Shown here one piece after another: positions 1-9,666 of a stretch of DNA of 59,441 bases. The position numbers and the translations under genes are program-made. This DNA is from Patescibacteria group bacterium. Its GTDB lineage: Bacteria > Patescibacteriota > Patescibacteriia > UBA9570 > JAHJKD01. The notes beneath the pieces are model-generated. The model had not been told where the DNA came from and did no database searches. It worked only from the letters and a program-made list of their open reading frames with translations. The stretch spans positions 1 to 59,441 of the forward strand of contig JAZDOC010000010.1 of the NCBI GenBank assembly GCA_043798935.1. The letters are read 5' to 3'. The first letter of the stretch is position 1. Every line of letters begins with the position of its first letter.

Positions 1-1158
1 AGCGGTTAATTGGCAAGCTGAAGTAGTTGTGTCTGAGCCTAGACCGTCGCCATCAGCATCATAGTAATATGTTTGATTAGAATGGATAGAGGCACTGCTG
101 TCATTACAATCTGTATTATTAGTTGCATAACCGGTTGGTGCTACTCCGTAACACAAGCTAGCTGTTGCAGTTGAGCCGTAAGTATCGTGATCAGCATCAA
201 TATAGTAAGCATGGTTTACTTGGATTGATTCGTCGTTGTCATTGCAGTCTGTACCAGGATAAAGGCCTTCCAAACTTTTAACACCATCTCCATCAACATC
301 CATATTGATATATCCTAAATAAACCGCACCAGTATCAGTGTCGCTATCATCTCCGTCATAGGCTCCAATTAAAATATCATCGTATTCATCGTTATTAACA
401 TCACCAGCGGAAGCAACAGATATTCCAGCTGTATCATTTTCTTCCTCACCACTAAATTTAACATCAGCTAGAGAGAGGTTAATAGATGAAGCTAAAGAAT
501 CAGAGCCATAAATAAGATATACTGTCCCTAATTGCCCACTTCCAAACAGCCACGGCGCTCCAATTAAAATATCGTCAATTCCATCACCATTAACATCGCC
601 AGCAGAGGCTACAAAAGCCCCAGTTAAATTATTAGCAGCTTCGCCGATAAATTTTACATCAGCCAGAGAAAGGTCAATAGATGAAGCTAAAGAATCAGAG
701 CCATAAATTAAATATACCGCTCCAGCATTAGAACCACCGGCATCATTATTAAATGCTCCAATAAATATATCATCATAATTGTCGCCATTAACATCACCAG
801 CGGAAGCGACTGATATTCCGGCTTGATCTGCTATTTCTTCACCAATAAATTTAACATCAGCTGAAGATAAATTTATATCATTAATTATAGAGTCCGAGCC
901 ATAAATTAAATACGCTGCTCCAGATTCAATACCGCCAGTATTGTTATAACTAGTGCCAATCAAAACATCGTCATATCCATCGCCATTAACATCGCCGGCT
1001 GAAGTAACGGTAGGGCCAATATTACCAGAATCGCCAGATGCTTCACCGACCAATTTAGTTTGAAATTCACTTAAATCAAATTGGTCCTGAGCTTTAAGAA
1101 TAAATGGCAAAAACAATAAACTAAAAAATAACGGGATGTAAAAAAATTTCTTTTTCAT
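1..1158 (-). CDS. Secreted FG-GAP (integrin-alpha-like) repeat protein followed by Cys/Asp 'putative metal-binding' (MopE-like) repeats; runs off the left edge
   Basis: Not in the ORF track; translated by hand from ATG at 1158. Signal-like N-terminus MKKKFFYIPLFFSLLFLPFILKA, four SAGDVNxDxxDD(I/V)xIG...GxxYL repeats, then DCNDNDESI..YYIDADHDTYG and DCNDSSASI..YYYDADGDGLG. No stop seen in the stretch translated. Confidence 0.85.
   Translation of the reverse strand, partial: MKKKFFYIPLFFSLLFLPFILKAQDQFDLSEFQTKLVGEASGDSGNIGPTVTSAGDVNGDGYDDVLIGTSYNNTGGIESGAAYLIYGSDSIINDINLSSADVKFIGEEIADQAGISVASAGDVNGDNYDDIFIGAFNNDAGGSNAGAVYLIYGSDSLASSIDLSLADVKFIGEAANNLTGAFVASAGDVNGDGIDDILIGAPWLFGSGQLGTVYLIYGSDSLASSINLSLADVKFSGEEENDTAGISVASAGDVNNDEYDDILIGAYDGDDSDTDTGAVYLGYINMDVDGDGVKSLEGLYPGTDCNDNDESIQVNHAYYIDADHDTYGSTATASLCYGVAPTGYATNNTDCNDSSASIHSNQTYYYDADGDGLGSDTTTSACQLTA
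481..708. repeat. Exact 33-nt direct repeat (481-513 and 676-708) between adjacent FG-GAP units
   Basis: AATAGATGAAGCTAAAGAATCAGAGCCATAAAT occurs twice, 195 nt (65 codons) apart. Confidence 0.9.
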
Positions 1159-1217
1159 AAATCTTTTTTTAATTATTTTATTCATTATACTAAAAAATAA
1201 CTAGGTTGTCTACCGAT

Positions 1218-1246
1218 TTGCCTAAAACAAAAAGCCATGTTATATT
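1218..1246 (+). promoter_or_regulatory. sigma70-type promoter upstream of dprA-topA
   Basis: TTGCCT-17 nt-TATATT with an extended -10 TG. Confidence 0.5.
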
Positions 1247-1253
1247 TATTCGC

Positions 1254-1289
1254 AAAGGGCGCTCTATATCCCTAAGAGAGCGCTTTTTT
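1254..1289 (+). terminator. Terminator-like hairpin with U-tract in the dprA leader
   Basis: GCGCTCT-11 nt loop-AGAGCGC followed by T6, ending 11 nt before the dprA ATG. Confidence 0.5.
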
Positions 1290-1300
1290 ATTGAAAAAAT

Positions 1301-2401
1301 ATGGAAAAAATTTATGCTCACGCTCTTAACTTGATTCCCGGCCTTGGCCCCATGCGCATGCGGAAACTTTTGGCTAAATTTAATAATTTTTCGACTATCT
1401 GGCAAGCTGATCGGAATTTATTATTTAACTCCGGATTAAAGAAAAATATTTGCGATCTGCTTTGTGAATATCGTATGCAAATTAACCCGAAACAAGAATT
1501 TGATAAAATTAATTCTGATATCAAACTTTTAACTATTGCTGATAAAAATTATCCGGTTTATTTGAAACAAATATCATCCCCGCCTTTCATATTATATATA
1601 GCCGGCTCTTTAAGCGCATTAAATAACAATGCCCTTGCCGTAGTGGGGAGCAGGGCTATGAGTATTTATGGGCAAAAAGCGTGCACGGATTTAACTACTG
1701 AACTTACAACTAGCGGTCTAACCATTATTAGCGGCCTAGCTCAAGGTATAGACACCATCGCCCATCAAACATGTCTAAACAAGAAAGGCATTACTGTCGC
1801 TGTTTTAGGATCCGGCATTAATAATGAATGTATTTTTCCAGCATATAATCGCAAACTAGCTCGCGAGATTATTCATAATGGCGGCGCTATAATTTCTGAA
1901 TATCCGCCACATTTTAAAGCTGAACGTCAATTCTTTCCGGCCCGTAACCGTATTATTTCCGGATTATCTTTAGGAACATTAGTTATCGAAGCGGCGCAAA
2001 AGTCGGGCGCTCTGATAACCGCTTATAAAGCGCTAGAACAAAACCGTGAAGTTTTTGCCGTACCCGGTGATATTTATTATTCGCGCTCAGTCGGTTGTAA
2101 TTCACTTCTAAAGCGAGGTGCTAAATTAGTTCAAAGTGTTCAAGATATTTTAGATGAGCTTCCGGAAAACGTGCGTTTAAATTTAAAGCTAACTAAAGAT
2201 AATAGCATTAAATCTCAATTAACTGAGTCTGAACAAGAAATAATTAAACTTTTAACCGATGAGCCGCTAGTTATTGACAAGATTATCCAATCATGTAGAC
2301 TAAACAAGTCTTGTGCCTTAAGTGCTATTACAACACTAGAACTTAAAGGAATTATAAAAAACATTAATAATCTTTATATCTTATGGCAAAAAAATTGGTG
2401 A
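1301..2401 (+). CDS. dprA: DNA-processing protein DprA
   Basis: AVVGSR, IISGLAQGID, FPARNRIISGLS, VIEAAQKSGALITA, EVFAVPG motifs; C-terminal winged helix. Confidence 0.97.
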   Translation: MEKIYAHALNLIPGLGPMRMRKLLAKFNNFSTIWQADRNLLFNSGLKKNICDLLCEYRMQINPKQEFDKINSDIKLLTIADKNYPVYLKQISSPPFILYIAGSLSALNNNALAVVGSRAMSIYGQKACTDLTTELTTSGLTIISGLAQGIDTIAHQTCLNKKGITVAVLGSGINNECIFPAYNRKLAREIIHNGGAIISEYPPHFKAERQFFPARNRIISGLSLGTLVIEAAQKSGALITAYKALEQNREVFAVPGDIYYSRSVGCNSLLKRGAKLVQSVQDILDELPENVRLNLKLTKDNSIKSQLTESEQEIIKLLTDEPLVIDKIIQSCRLNKSCALSAITTLELKGIIKNINNLYILWQKNW

Positions 2402-4554
2402 TCGTTGAGTCTCCCACTAAAGCCAGAACGATTAAAAAATTTCTCGGATCCGCCTACCAAATTGAATCTTCATTTGGCCATGTGCGCGATCTTCCTAAAA
2501 GCAAAATGGGTATTGATATTGAACATAATTTTGAACCCAAATATATTATTCCTCTGAAAGCTAAAAAAAATGTTACTCTTTTAAGAAAATTAGCTAAGTC
2601 AGCGAGCGACATTTATCTGGCAACTGACGAAGACCGCGAAGGAGAGGCTATTGCCTGGCATTTAGAACAAATTATCGATGCTCCGGCGGAAAAAATAAAA
2701 CGAGTAGCTTTTCACGAAATTACTAAAAAAGCCGTTGAAAATGCGCTGAAAAATCCTCGTGATATTGATGATAGTTTAGTTGACGCGCAACAAGCACGCC
2801 GAGTTTTAGACCGTTTAGTGGGCTATGAACTCTCGCCTTTTTTATGGAAAAAAATCTATAAAGGATTATCGGCCGGTCGGGTACAATCGGTAGCTGTTAG
2901 ATTAATTGTTGATCGTGAACGTGAACGCCAAGCTTTTAAAACCGATGAATATTGGACAATTGATGCCATGTTTGAAAAAGACGCTCAAGAATTTAAAGCT
3001 ACTTTATATTCTATGGACGGAAAAAAATTAGCTAAATTAGATATTAAGAATAAAGAACAAGCTGATAAGCTTTTAAAAAAATTTACCAAGGCAAAATATC
3101 ACATTGCCCGTGTCGAAATTAAAGATAAAAAACGCCGCGCCGCGCCGCCTTTTACCACATCCACTCTCCAACAAGCAGCAAACAACAAGCTAGGTTTCTC
3201 GGCCAAGCAAACCATGATGTTTGCACAAAAACTTTACGAAACCGGTTTCATTACTTACATGAGAACCGATTCTTTTAATTTATCTGATGATTTTTTAAGT
3301 GGCGCTGAACAATTTATTACGGCTGAGTATGGCGCTGATTACGCTGACCGTAAAGTTTACAAAAGCAAGCAAAAAGGCGCTCAGGAAGCGCATGAAGCTA
3401 TCCGCCCTACAGATGCCAATAATAAACCTGAAAATTTAAAATCAAAATTTGATGATAAGCAATTTAAATTGTACGATTTAATTTGGCGCCGAGCCATGGC
3501 CAGCCAAATGGCTGATGCTGTAATCGGGCAAACTTCTGTTGATATAAACACTACTGACGATTCTTATACTTTCCGCGCTTCGGGTTCAATGATAAAATTT
3601 CCGGGCTGGCTAAAAGTACTACCGGATAATGCCAGCGAAAATATATTACCTGAACTTAATGAACTGGAACAAGTTGATAGTAAAGAAATTAAAGGCGAGC
3701 AACATTTTACCGAGCCACCGGCTCGTTATAGCGAAGCTACCTTGGTTAAAGCGCTGGAAGAAAAAGGCATTGGCCGTCCTTCCACTTACGCGCCTACCAT
3801 TTCAACGATCATTACACGAAAATACGTTACTAAAGAAGATAAAAAATTAAAACCTGAAGAAATTGGATTTATGGTAAACGATTTGTTAGTTGAACATTTT
3901 CCGCAGATTGTTAATTTTGAGTTTACAGCTGAGCTGGAAAAAAATCTGGATGAAATTGCCGAGGGCAAAAAAGAATGGGCCCCGCTAATTAAAGATTTTT
4001 ATGAACCTTTTAAACAAAATCTTATGACTAAAGAACAAGAGATTTCTAAAAGCGATATTATTAAAGAAACAACTGATGAAAAATGTGATAAATGCGGAAT
4101 GCCCATGCAAGTGAAAATGAGCCGATATGGAAAATTCTTGGCATGTACAGGGTACCCGGATTGCAAAAACACTAAACAGCTTGATAGTGAAGGCAATGCC
4201 AGCGAACCGGAAAAATTAGATGAGAAATGCCCAGACTGTGGCAAGCCTCTAGTTCAAAAACGCGGGCGCTATGGAGCTTTTATCGGTTGTTCTGGTTATC
4301 CGGAATGTAAATATATTAAAAAAGAAAAAAAAGGTACAGGCGTGACCTGCCCCTCTTGCGGCAAAGGTGAAATAGTTGCTAAACGTTCCCGTTTTGGCAA
4401 AACGTTTTATGCCTGCGACCAATATCCAGATTGTAAAACCGCTTTTTGGTCTAAACCGACCGGCGAAAAATGCCCCGAGTGCGATTCCTTGCTAGTGGCC
4501 GGAGCTAAAGATACAGTGCAGTGCTCAAATAAGGAATGTAAATTTAAGAAATAA
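2383..4554 (+). CDS. topA: DNA topoisomerase I with C-terminal Zn ribbons
   Basis: LVIVESPTK, ATDEDREGEAI, SAGRVQS, ITYMRTDS; repeated C4 zinc-finger tail. Confidence 0.98.
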   Translation: MAKKLVIVESPTKARTIKKFLGSAYQIESSFGHVRDLPKSKMGIDIEHNFEPKYIIPLKAKKNVTLLRKLAKSASDIYLATDEDREGEAIAWHLEQIIDAPAEKIKRVAFHEITKKAVENALKNPRDIDDSLVDAQQARRVLDRLVGYELSPFLWKKIYKGLSAGRVQSVAVRLIVDRERERQAFKTDEYWTIDAMFEKDAQEFKATLYSMDGKKLAKLDIKNKEQADKLLKKFTKAKYHIARVEIKDKKRRAAPPFTTSTLQQAANNKLGFSAKQTMMFAQKLYETGFITYMRTDSFNLSDDFLSGAEQFITAEYGADYADRKVYKSKQKGAQEAHEAIRPTDANNKPENLKSKFDDKQFKLYDLIWRRAMASQMADAVIGQTSVDINTTDDSYTFRASGSMIKFPGWLKVLPDNASENILPELNELEQVDSKEIKGEQHFTEPPARYSEATLVKALEEKGIGRPSTYAPTISTIITRKYVTKEDKKLKPEEIGFMVNDLLVEHFPQIVNFEFTAELEKNLDEIAEGKKEWAPLIKDFYEPFKQNLMTKEQEISKSDIIKETTDEKCDKCGMPMQVKMSRYGKFLACTGYPDCKNTKQLDSEGNASEPEKLDEKCPDCGKPLVQKRGRYGAFIGCSGYPECKYIKKEKKGTGVTCPSCGKGEIVAKRSRFGKTFYACDQYPDCKTAFWSKPTGEKCPECDSLLVAGAKDTVQCSNKECKFKK

Positions 4555-4566
4555 TACAAAATTAAT

Positions 4567-7500
4567 TTAAGCTGCCTTTGCTTTTAACCACGTCTCATAA
4601 GAGTCTGGAAAAGATTCAGCTATACTAGCTACTTCTAATTCAAATTGTTCAACGTCATGATCGACATTAAATTTTTGTAATGCCTGATTCAATCTTAATG
4701 TACTATCATTACAACTTGAACCATCAAGTTTACGATTATGCGCTACGCCGCTTGGTGGTGGATAATCATTTGATGATCCAACTTGAATATTAAGTTTTTC
4801 ATGAATGCCCTCAGCACACAATAGCCGGACTATTTCGGCCGTGCTAAATGTCCAAGGCACGTCGTATTCTCCTTCTTGATGCAAAAAATCTAAGAATCCG
4901 CCCTCTTGAATAAAGGCTTGCTCTAATTTGAGCGTTAATTCAAAATCTTGATTACCAGTTTTGTTTCTAACACTTTCTGCTAAAACAGCTAAATCTCTAC
5001 CTGTTTGTACACTATCTTTTATTGCAACCGCTTCACTTAACAAAGCAGGTTTAATAATAGAGTATGCTTGAACATCAACTCCTAAGCCAGCTAATACTTC
5101 AACTTTTTGGGAGAAATCATCCCAAGTATAACCTTTAGAGATGGCAATTTCTCTAACTAAATCATTTGAGCTTTCCAAACCAATAGCGATTTGAATTTTT
5201 TGATCAGGTCTAAGAATTGATTGCAACCTCTTAATTTCTTCAACATTAATAAATTCTAAACGCGCTTCAATCATAACGGTTGTAAAAGGCAATTTGGATA
5301 TTTTTTCAAAAATTATAGTTCTGGCTACTGGTGGCATTTCTGCATCATTTAAGAAAGAGCCTGGGGTTAGAATATCAATTTTATACAAATCATTAACATC
5401 AGGATTAGCCCATTTTAATGGCTCTCCTTCCTGTACTCCTAACTGGTCATGTTTCAATGCATATTCGAATTGTTTTTCGATATGTTGAGCAGTTACTTCT
5501 TCATCTGTTGATCCTTCAAAGAAAAAACAACAATTAGCGCACCTTGCATATTCACATCCTTTTTTACCTCTAAATTCAATCATATATCTTTGGCCACCTT
5601 GAGTAGAAGCAAATTCTGTATCTATTGGTTTATGCAAATCTTTTTTTTCTGGCTTTCGATTGACAGCGGTTTCTCTATTATTTTTTCTTTTTTCTAAATA
5701 TACTTTATAAAGTTTAGTCATTTTCATGGCTAGCTCATTATATTCTTGAAAACTCATCACGTCAGATTCACCTGCTAAAAGTTCTGGTACACCTTTTAAA
5801 TTAGCGGCATGATCCCTAAGTTGTTTTTCCAGATTTGCCATTATACCAACATATGCCTTGGGCTTTAATATTCCCTGACCAGTAAATATTTTATCCAAAG
5901 CCGCATGATAAACCTGTAATTTTTGCACATAAGAATAAAATTCATCTAATCTAAAAATGCCGCCGATTTCAAAATTAAATAATACTTCAGCACATTTTTG
6001 CAGTTTAGACGCACATTCTGACGATCTAATTTGAATTTGTTTTACGTCTATTTGTCCATTTTCGGGATAGAGGGCTCTAATAGTTTTAATAGTATCGTAA
6101 AATATTTTTTCAATTTCTCTATAAGTATTCTCAGATTCCATAACTTTATCATATTCTCTTAAAACCATCTCAGCTTGTTCCGGAAACGAATCGTGTACTT
6201 CAAGGAATTGAGCATGTAATTCAGAAAGCCTATCATTATATTGGGCTAATTCATATAATTCAAATAATCCTCCGATTCTTGATTCATGAATTAAAGTTGC
6301 GACCGCAGCTAATTGCTGGCTGATTAATAATGTTTTTTCAGGATCAAAGCTTTGCATATCAGCAGTCAAACTACTAATATGGCTTTCAATTGTAGCTCTA
6401 TTGATTTTTTCTTTCTCTCTTTCTTGAGCTGTTATAGCCTTATCGAGTCGTAGTTTTTTTGCCGATCTAATGTCTATTCGAATATCTTCTATTCTTGCAC
6501 CAGCCTCAAAATTTATACTTACCTCATATTCTTCTCCGGCTCTTAAATCAACTGGCTGTTGTAATTGTATTATTTCATCTTGCCCTAAAAAATCACAGTC
6601 ATTACTTTCAATGATAACGCCGGGGGTTAATTCAATAATACTGGAAATATTAACAGCATTTATAGTTATGCTTTTATCAGCTCTTAAAATTACCACAGCT
6701 TGTCTGGTCAATTCTGTATCTTGTTCAAATACAACAACATCGAACTGAGCTCGAGATGATGCAATACCAACTTCGCCAGACATTTCATTTCTGGCTGCAG
6801 ATCTTGTGTTCATATCAGAGACTGTAGCTAATTCAATGAATGATCTGAATGTTTGCGGAATAATACGTCCACCTCTTTTTAAATATTTTCGCAAATTATT
6901 AACTACTTGCATTTGTGGTTCGACAAATAGTCCAGTATACATATTTTCGCTAATTATAACATCTACTTGTTCTGGAAGCTGCATAGTAGTAGCATCTCCT
7001 TCTAAAATTTCAACTGTATCTGCAAAACCACAATATTCAACAAAAGCATTACAGGCTTTTACGGTTTTTCGATTTATTTCAATCGCATAAACTTTTTTTG
7101 CTCCACAAGCCACCGCCATCATGGCCAATATACCTGTGCCGGCTCCAGCTTCGACTACTGTATCGCCCGGACCAATATTTGCTTGGGTCACCACATCTTG
7201 ACTTCTTATTGTTTCTTTTAAAGCTTGCTGAAATTTTTCTGTTCTAACCGTATCAAAAAAACAACGCCTGGCGTCTTCTGTCGATAAACCCCAACGACCA
7301 TGACTGGTCATCTCTTCCTGATCATCACCCCAATCAACTTGTTCCATTACTTTCAAAAAAATACTACCCATTTCATCAACGGCTTCACTAAAAGGAGTAT
7401 TATATAACAAATCAGATAAATAATCTCTTCTTTGTTCTGGTGTCATTGTTTCAATGCTTTGCGGTTCTTGTCTTTCAAGCACTTCTTGTACTGCACAGGC

Positions 7501-7608
7501 AGCTGTCGCTTCATCAGCATTTTTATCAAGTGGTGATGCTGCTTGATCAGAAACACGCTCGGTCCGCTCTTGTTGGTCTTCTAATTGACTTATATTTTTT
7601 TTAGTCAT
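4567..7608 (-). CDS. Fusion of a class I SAM methyltransferase (PRMT/COG4076-like), a helical linker and a radical SAM domain (TIGR01210/RaSEA-like)
   Basis: Methyltransferase motifs VVEAGAGTGIL, VYAIE, DVIISENMYTGLFVEPQ, GGRIIP. Radical SAM motifs GCEYARCANC, TPGSFLND, IEARLEF, IAIGLESSND...ISKG, AYSIIKP.LLSE..AIKD. Confidence 0.8.
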   Translation of the reverse strand: MTKKNISQLEDQQERTERVSDQAASPLDKNADEATAACAVQEVLERQEPQSIETMTPEQRRDYLSDLLYNTPFSEAVDEMGSIFLKVMEQVDWGDDQEEMTSHGRWGLSTEDARRCFFDTVRTEKFQQALKETIRSQDVVTQANIGPGDTVVEAGAGTGILAMMAVACGAKKVYAIEINRKTVKACNAFVEYCGFADTVEILEGDATTMQLPEQVDVIISENMYTGLFVEPQMQVVNNLRKYLKRGGRIIPQTFRSFIELATVSDMNTRSAARNEMSGEVGIASSRAQFDVVVFEQDTELTRQAVVILRADKSITINAVNISSIIELTPGVIIESNDCDFLGQDEIIQLQQPVDLRAGEEYEVSINFEAGARIEDIRIDIRSAKKLRLDKAITAQEREKEKINRATIESHISSLTADMQSFDPEKTLLISQQLAAVATLIHESRIGGLFELYELAQYNDRLSELHAQFLEVHDSFPEQAEMVLREYDKVMESENTYREIEKIFYDTIKTIRALYPENGQIDVKQIQIRSSECASKLQKCAEVLFNFEIGGIFRLDEFYSYVQKLQVYHAALDKIFTGQGILKPKAYVGIMANLEKQLRDHAANLKGVPELLAGESDVMSFQEYNELAMKMTKLYKVYLEKRKNNRETAVNRKPEKKDLHKPIDTEFASTQGGQRYMIEFRGKKGCEYARCANCCFFFEGSTDEEVTAQHIEKQFEYALKHDQLGVQEGEPLKWANPDVNDLYKIDILTPGSFLNDAEMPPVARTIIFEKISKLPFTTVMIEARLEFINVEEIKRLQSILRPDQKIQIAIGLESSNDLVREIAISKGYTWDDFSQKVEVLAGLGVDVQAYSIIKPALLSEAVAIKDSVQTGRDLAVLAESVRNKTGNQDFELTLKLEQAFIQEGGFLDFLHQEGEYDVPWTFSTAEIVRLLCAEGIHEKLNIQVGSSNDYPPPSGVAHNRKLDGSSCNDSTLRLNQALQKFNVDHDVEQFELEVASIAESFPDSYETWLKAKAA

Positions 7609-7612
7609 ACTA

Positions 7613-8446
7613 TTATAAAAACAAACTATTTATTATCTCTTCAATAGGAGTATTATCTGAGTAAGGTTTGTAGATATGTCCTGAAAAATTAATTAAACCA
7701 CCCCTTAGACACGCTCGTAACAATTCAATGTTCAATTTTCTAAGACCTTTTAATATAGCAGAAATTTCGTTTTTGTCAAGAATAAGCTGAAAATCAAAAA
7801 AAATGCGGAGAATGTCCCAGCGCAATTCTTGATTATAAATGTTAAAAGCCAATTCCTGATAAAAACTTTTCATCAGTGGCTTTAACCCCGGCAAATTACC
7901 AGCTTCAACTTGAACTCCATGATTAATTATGTGTATTTGTTTTTCCGGAACGGCTTTCAAAATCTCTTGCTCCAAAATTAAGGTATATTCTAAAATATAA
8001 AATATTCCAATATTTTGTAAAGTTTCGAAATCGTGAACCTGAATTTGTTCGGGTGTTAATTTTTCAACTTGGTCCGATATCTTTTGTTCCAATATATAAA
8101 ATTCATAAGCTCTCTTTTTAAATTTTTCAGCCATGGAATCCATATACTCAACTTTAGCCAAAAAACCAGGTTTTGTGTTTGGTCCATACAAAGTATCAAG
8201 TTGAGCAAGAGCGCGAGCAAAATAAAATTCATTTAAATAATCCTTGTGGACACTGTCGCTCATTATAGTAACAATTTGATAGGCATGCGTTTTTTGTAAT
8301 TTTTTTTGTTCTAAAGTTTGCAGAAGTCGAGAAATTATTTCTCTTAACTTAATTAAATATTGATTTTGATCTTCTTGCGATAATAATAAAAAAGGTCTGT
8401 CTGAACAAACTTGAGCAAAATCTGTAAAAAAATCTATTGGTATCAT
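7613..8446 (-). CDS. Hypothetical helical protein co-transcribed with the MTase-rSAM fusion
   Basis: 277-aa ORF ending 4 nt before the fusion gene start; no recognised motif. Confidence 0.75.
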   Translation of the reverse strand: MIPIDFFTDFAQVCSDRPFLLLSQEDQNQYLIKLREIISRLLQTLEQKKLQKTHAYQIVTIMSDSVHKDYLNEFYFARALAQLDTLYGPNTKPGFLAKVEYMDSMAEKFKKRAYEFYILEQKISDQVEKLTPEQIQVHDFETLQNIGIFYILEYTLILEQEILKAVPEKQIHIINHGVQVEAGNLPGLKPLMKSFYQELAFNIYNQELRWDILRIFFDFQLILDKNEISAILKGLRKLNIELLRACLRGGLINFSGHIYKPYSDNTPIEEIINSLFL

Positions 8447-8472
8447 AGCCGAAATATGATTAGTATATTTTT

Positions 8473-8501
8473 ATTTTACCTTAATATTCAAAAAAAATCA
8501 A
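8473..8501 (-). promoter_or_regulatory. sigma70-type promoter for the 277-aa/1013-aa gene pair
   Basis: TTGATT-17 nt-TAAAAT on the minus strand. Confidence 0.45.
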
Positions 8502-8511
8502 TTTTTATTTT

Positions 8512-9666
8512 TTAAATTTTCCTTTTTCTTCGGCTGGTTTTTAAAGCAAAACGATGAGCTTCATCTCTAATCTGCAATAATATCTTTTTATTAACTTGAG
8601 CCAATTTTTTAAATGATTCATTGGCAGTTTTTGGAAAAACTAATTTATCATTCTGATATTTAGAAATGCCGACAAACGGCACGTGTACAGAAATCTTATT
8701 AAACACTTCGGCCATAAAATCAATTTGCGGACGACCGCCATCGATCATAATTAAATCCGGCTGCGGCCATTCGGGATGATTAAATCTTCTAGTTAAAACT
8801 TCAGCCAGAGCTCTTAAATCATCAGCCTGGTAATGATTTTTTATTTTAAATAAACGATACTCGGACTTATCGGTTGTGCCGTTTACAAAAACAACCATAG
8901 AACCATAAGCTTCTTTGCCACTGAAATGCGATATATCATAGCCCTCAATACGATTAAAATTAGAGCCGACCAGTTCATCGGTGACGGTTAAAGTGGTATC
9001 ATTTATTTTAGACAAAGCCACAGCTTGTTCAGGGTTATCAATCATTAATTTTTTTATCAATCTCTTTTTCTTGCCTGAAAACAATAAAATTATATTTTTA
9101 ATATTCTTTTTATATTCTCGACTATTTATCATACCCACGCAAACACCGGGACATTGGCCGATTTGATAATCAAAACAAGCTTTTCCGGAATCAGGCCTGC
9201 ATAAACTATATGGAAAAATGCGACGAATTATTTTTAAAGCTTTTTTAAATAATCCGGTATTTTGAAAAGGTCCGAATTTTGCTAAAGGCTCGGGAAAATT
9301 TTTTAACTCGCGACCATGAACAATTAATACTTTCGAGAATTTTTCGGATGTAATGATTAAATATGAAAATGACTTATCATCTTTTTCTTTAACATTATAT
9401 TTGGGCCAGTGCTTCTTAATTAAATTAGCTTCTAAAATTATAGCGTCTAATACTGTTTCTGTGGTTTCATATTCAATGGTTTTAGCCAGGGAAATCATTT
9501 CGGCAATTCGAGGCGAAATATTTTTTTGAAAATAATTTAAAACTCGTTGGCGCAAAACCGTGGCCCGTCCAATATAAAGAATTTCTCCTCGGCTATTTAA
9601 ATATCTATAAACACCGGGTTTAAGAGGAAATTTTTTGGCTTGAAATTTTAGATTCATTTTAAACAT
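8512..9666 (-). CDS. uvrC: Short excinuclease subunit C (GIY-YIG plus RNase H-like domain, no HhH tail)
   Basis: PGVY...LYIGRA..LRQRV, PKYN, four-Cys region, RIEGYDISH, PDLIMIDGG, LLQIRDEAHRFA then stop. Confidence 0.9.
   Translation of the reverse strand: MFKMNLKFQAKKFPLKPGVYRYLNSRGEILYIGRATVLRQRVLNYFQKNISPRIAEMISLAKTIEYETTETVLDAIILEANLIKKHWPKYNVKEKDDKSFSYLIITSEKFSKVLIVHGRELKNFPEPLAKFGPFQNTGLFKKALKIIRRIFPYSLCRPDSGKACFDYQIGQCPGVCVGMINSREYKKNIKNIILLFSGKKKRLIKKLMIDNPEQAVALSKINDTTLTVTDELVGSNFNRIEGYDISHFSGKEAYGSMVVFVNGTTDKSEYRLFKIKNHYQADDLRALAEVLTRRFNHPEWPQPDLIMIDGGRPQIDFMAEVFNKISVHVPFVGISKYQNDKLVFPKTANESFKKLAQVNKKILLQIRDEAHRFALKTSRRKRKI

Noticed and set aside
4567-5600. Calling the rSAM domain a true archaeosine synthase (RaSEA)
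   Set aside because: Bacterial context, no arcTGT or arcS in the window, different Cys spacing and a fusion; only family-level similarity is supported
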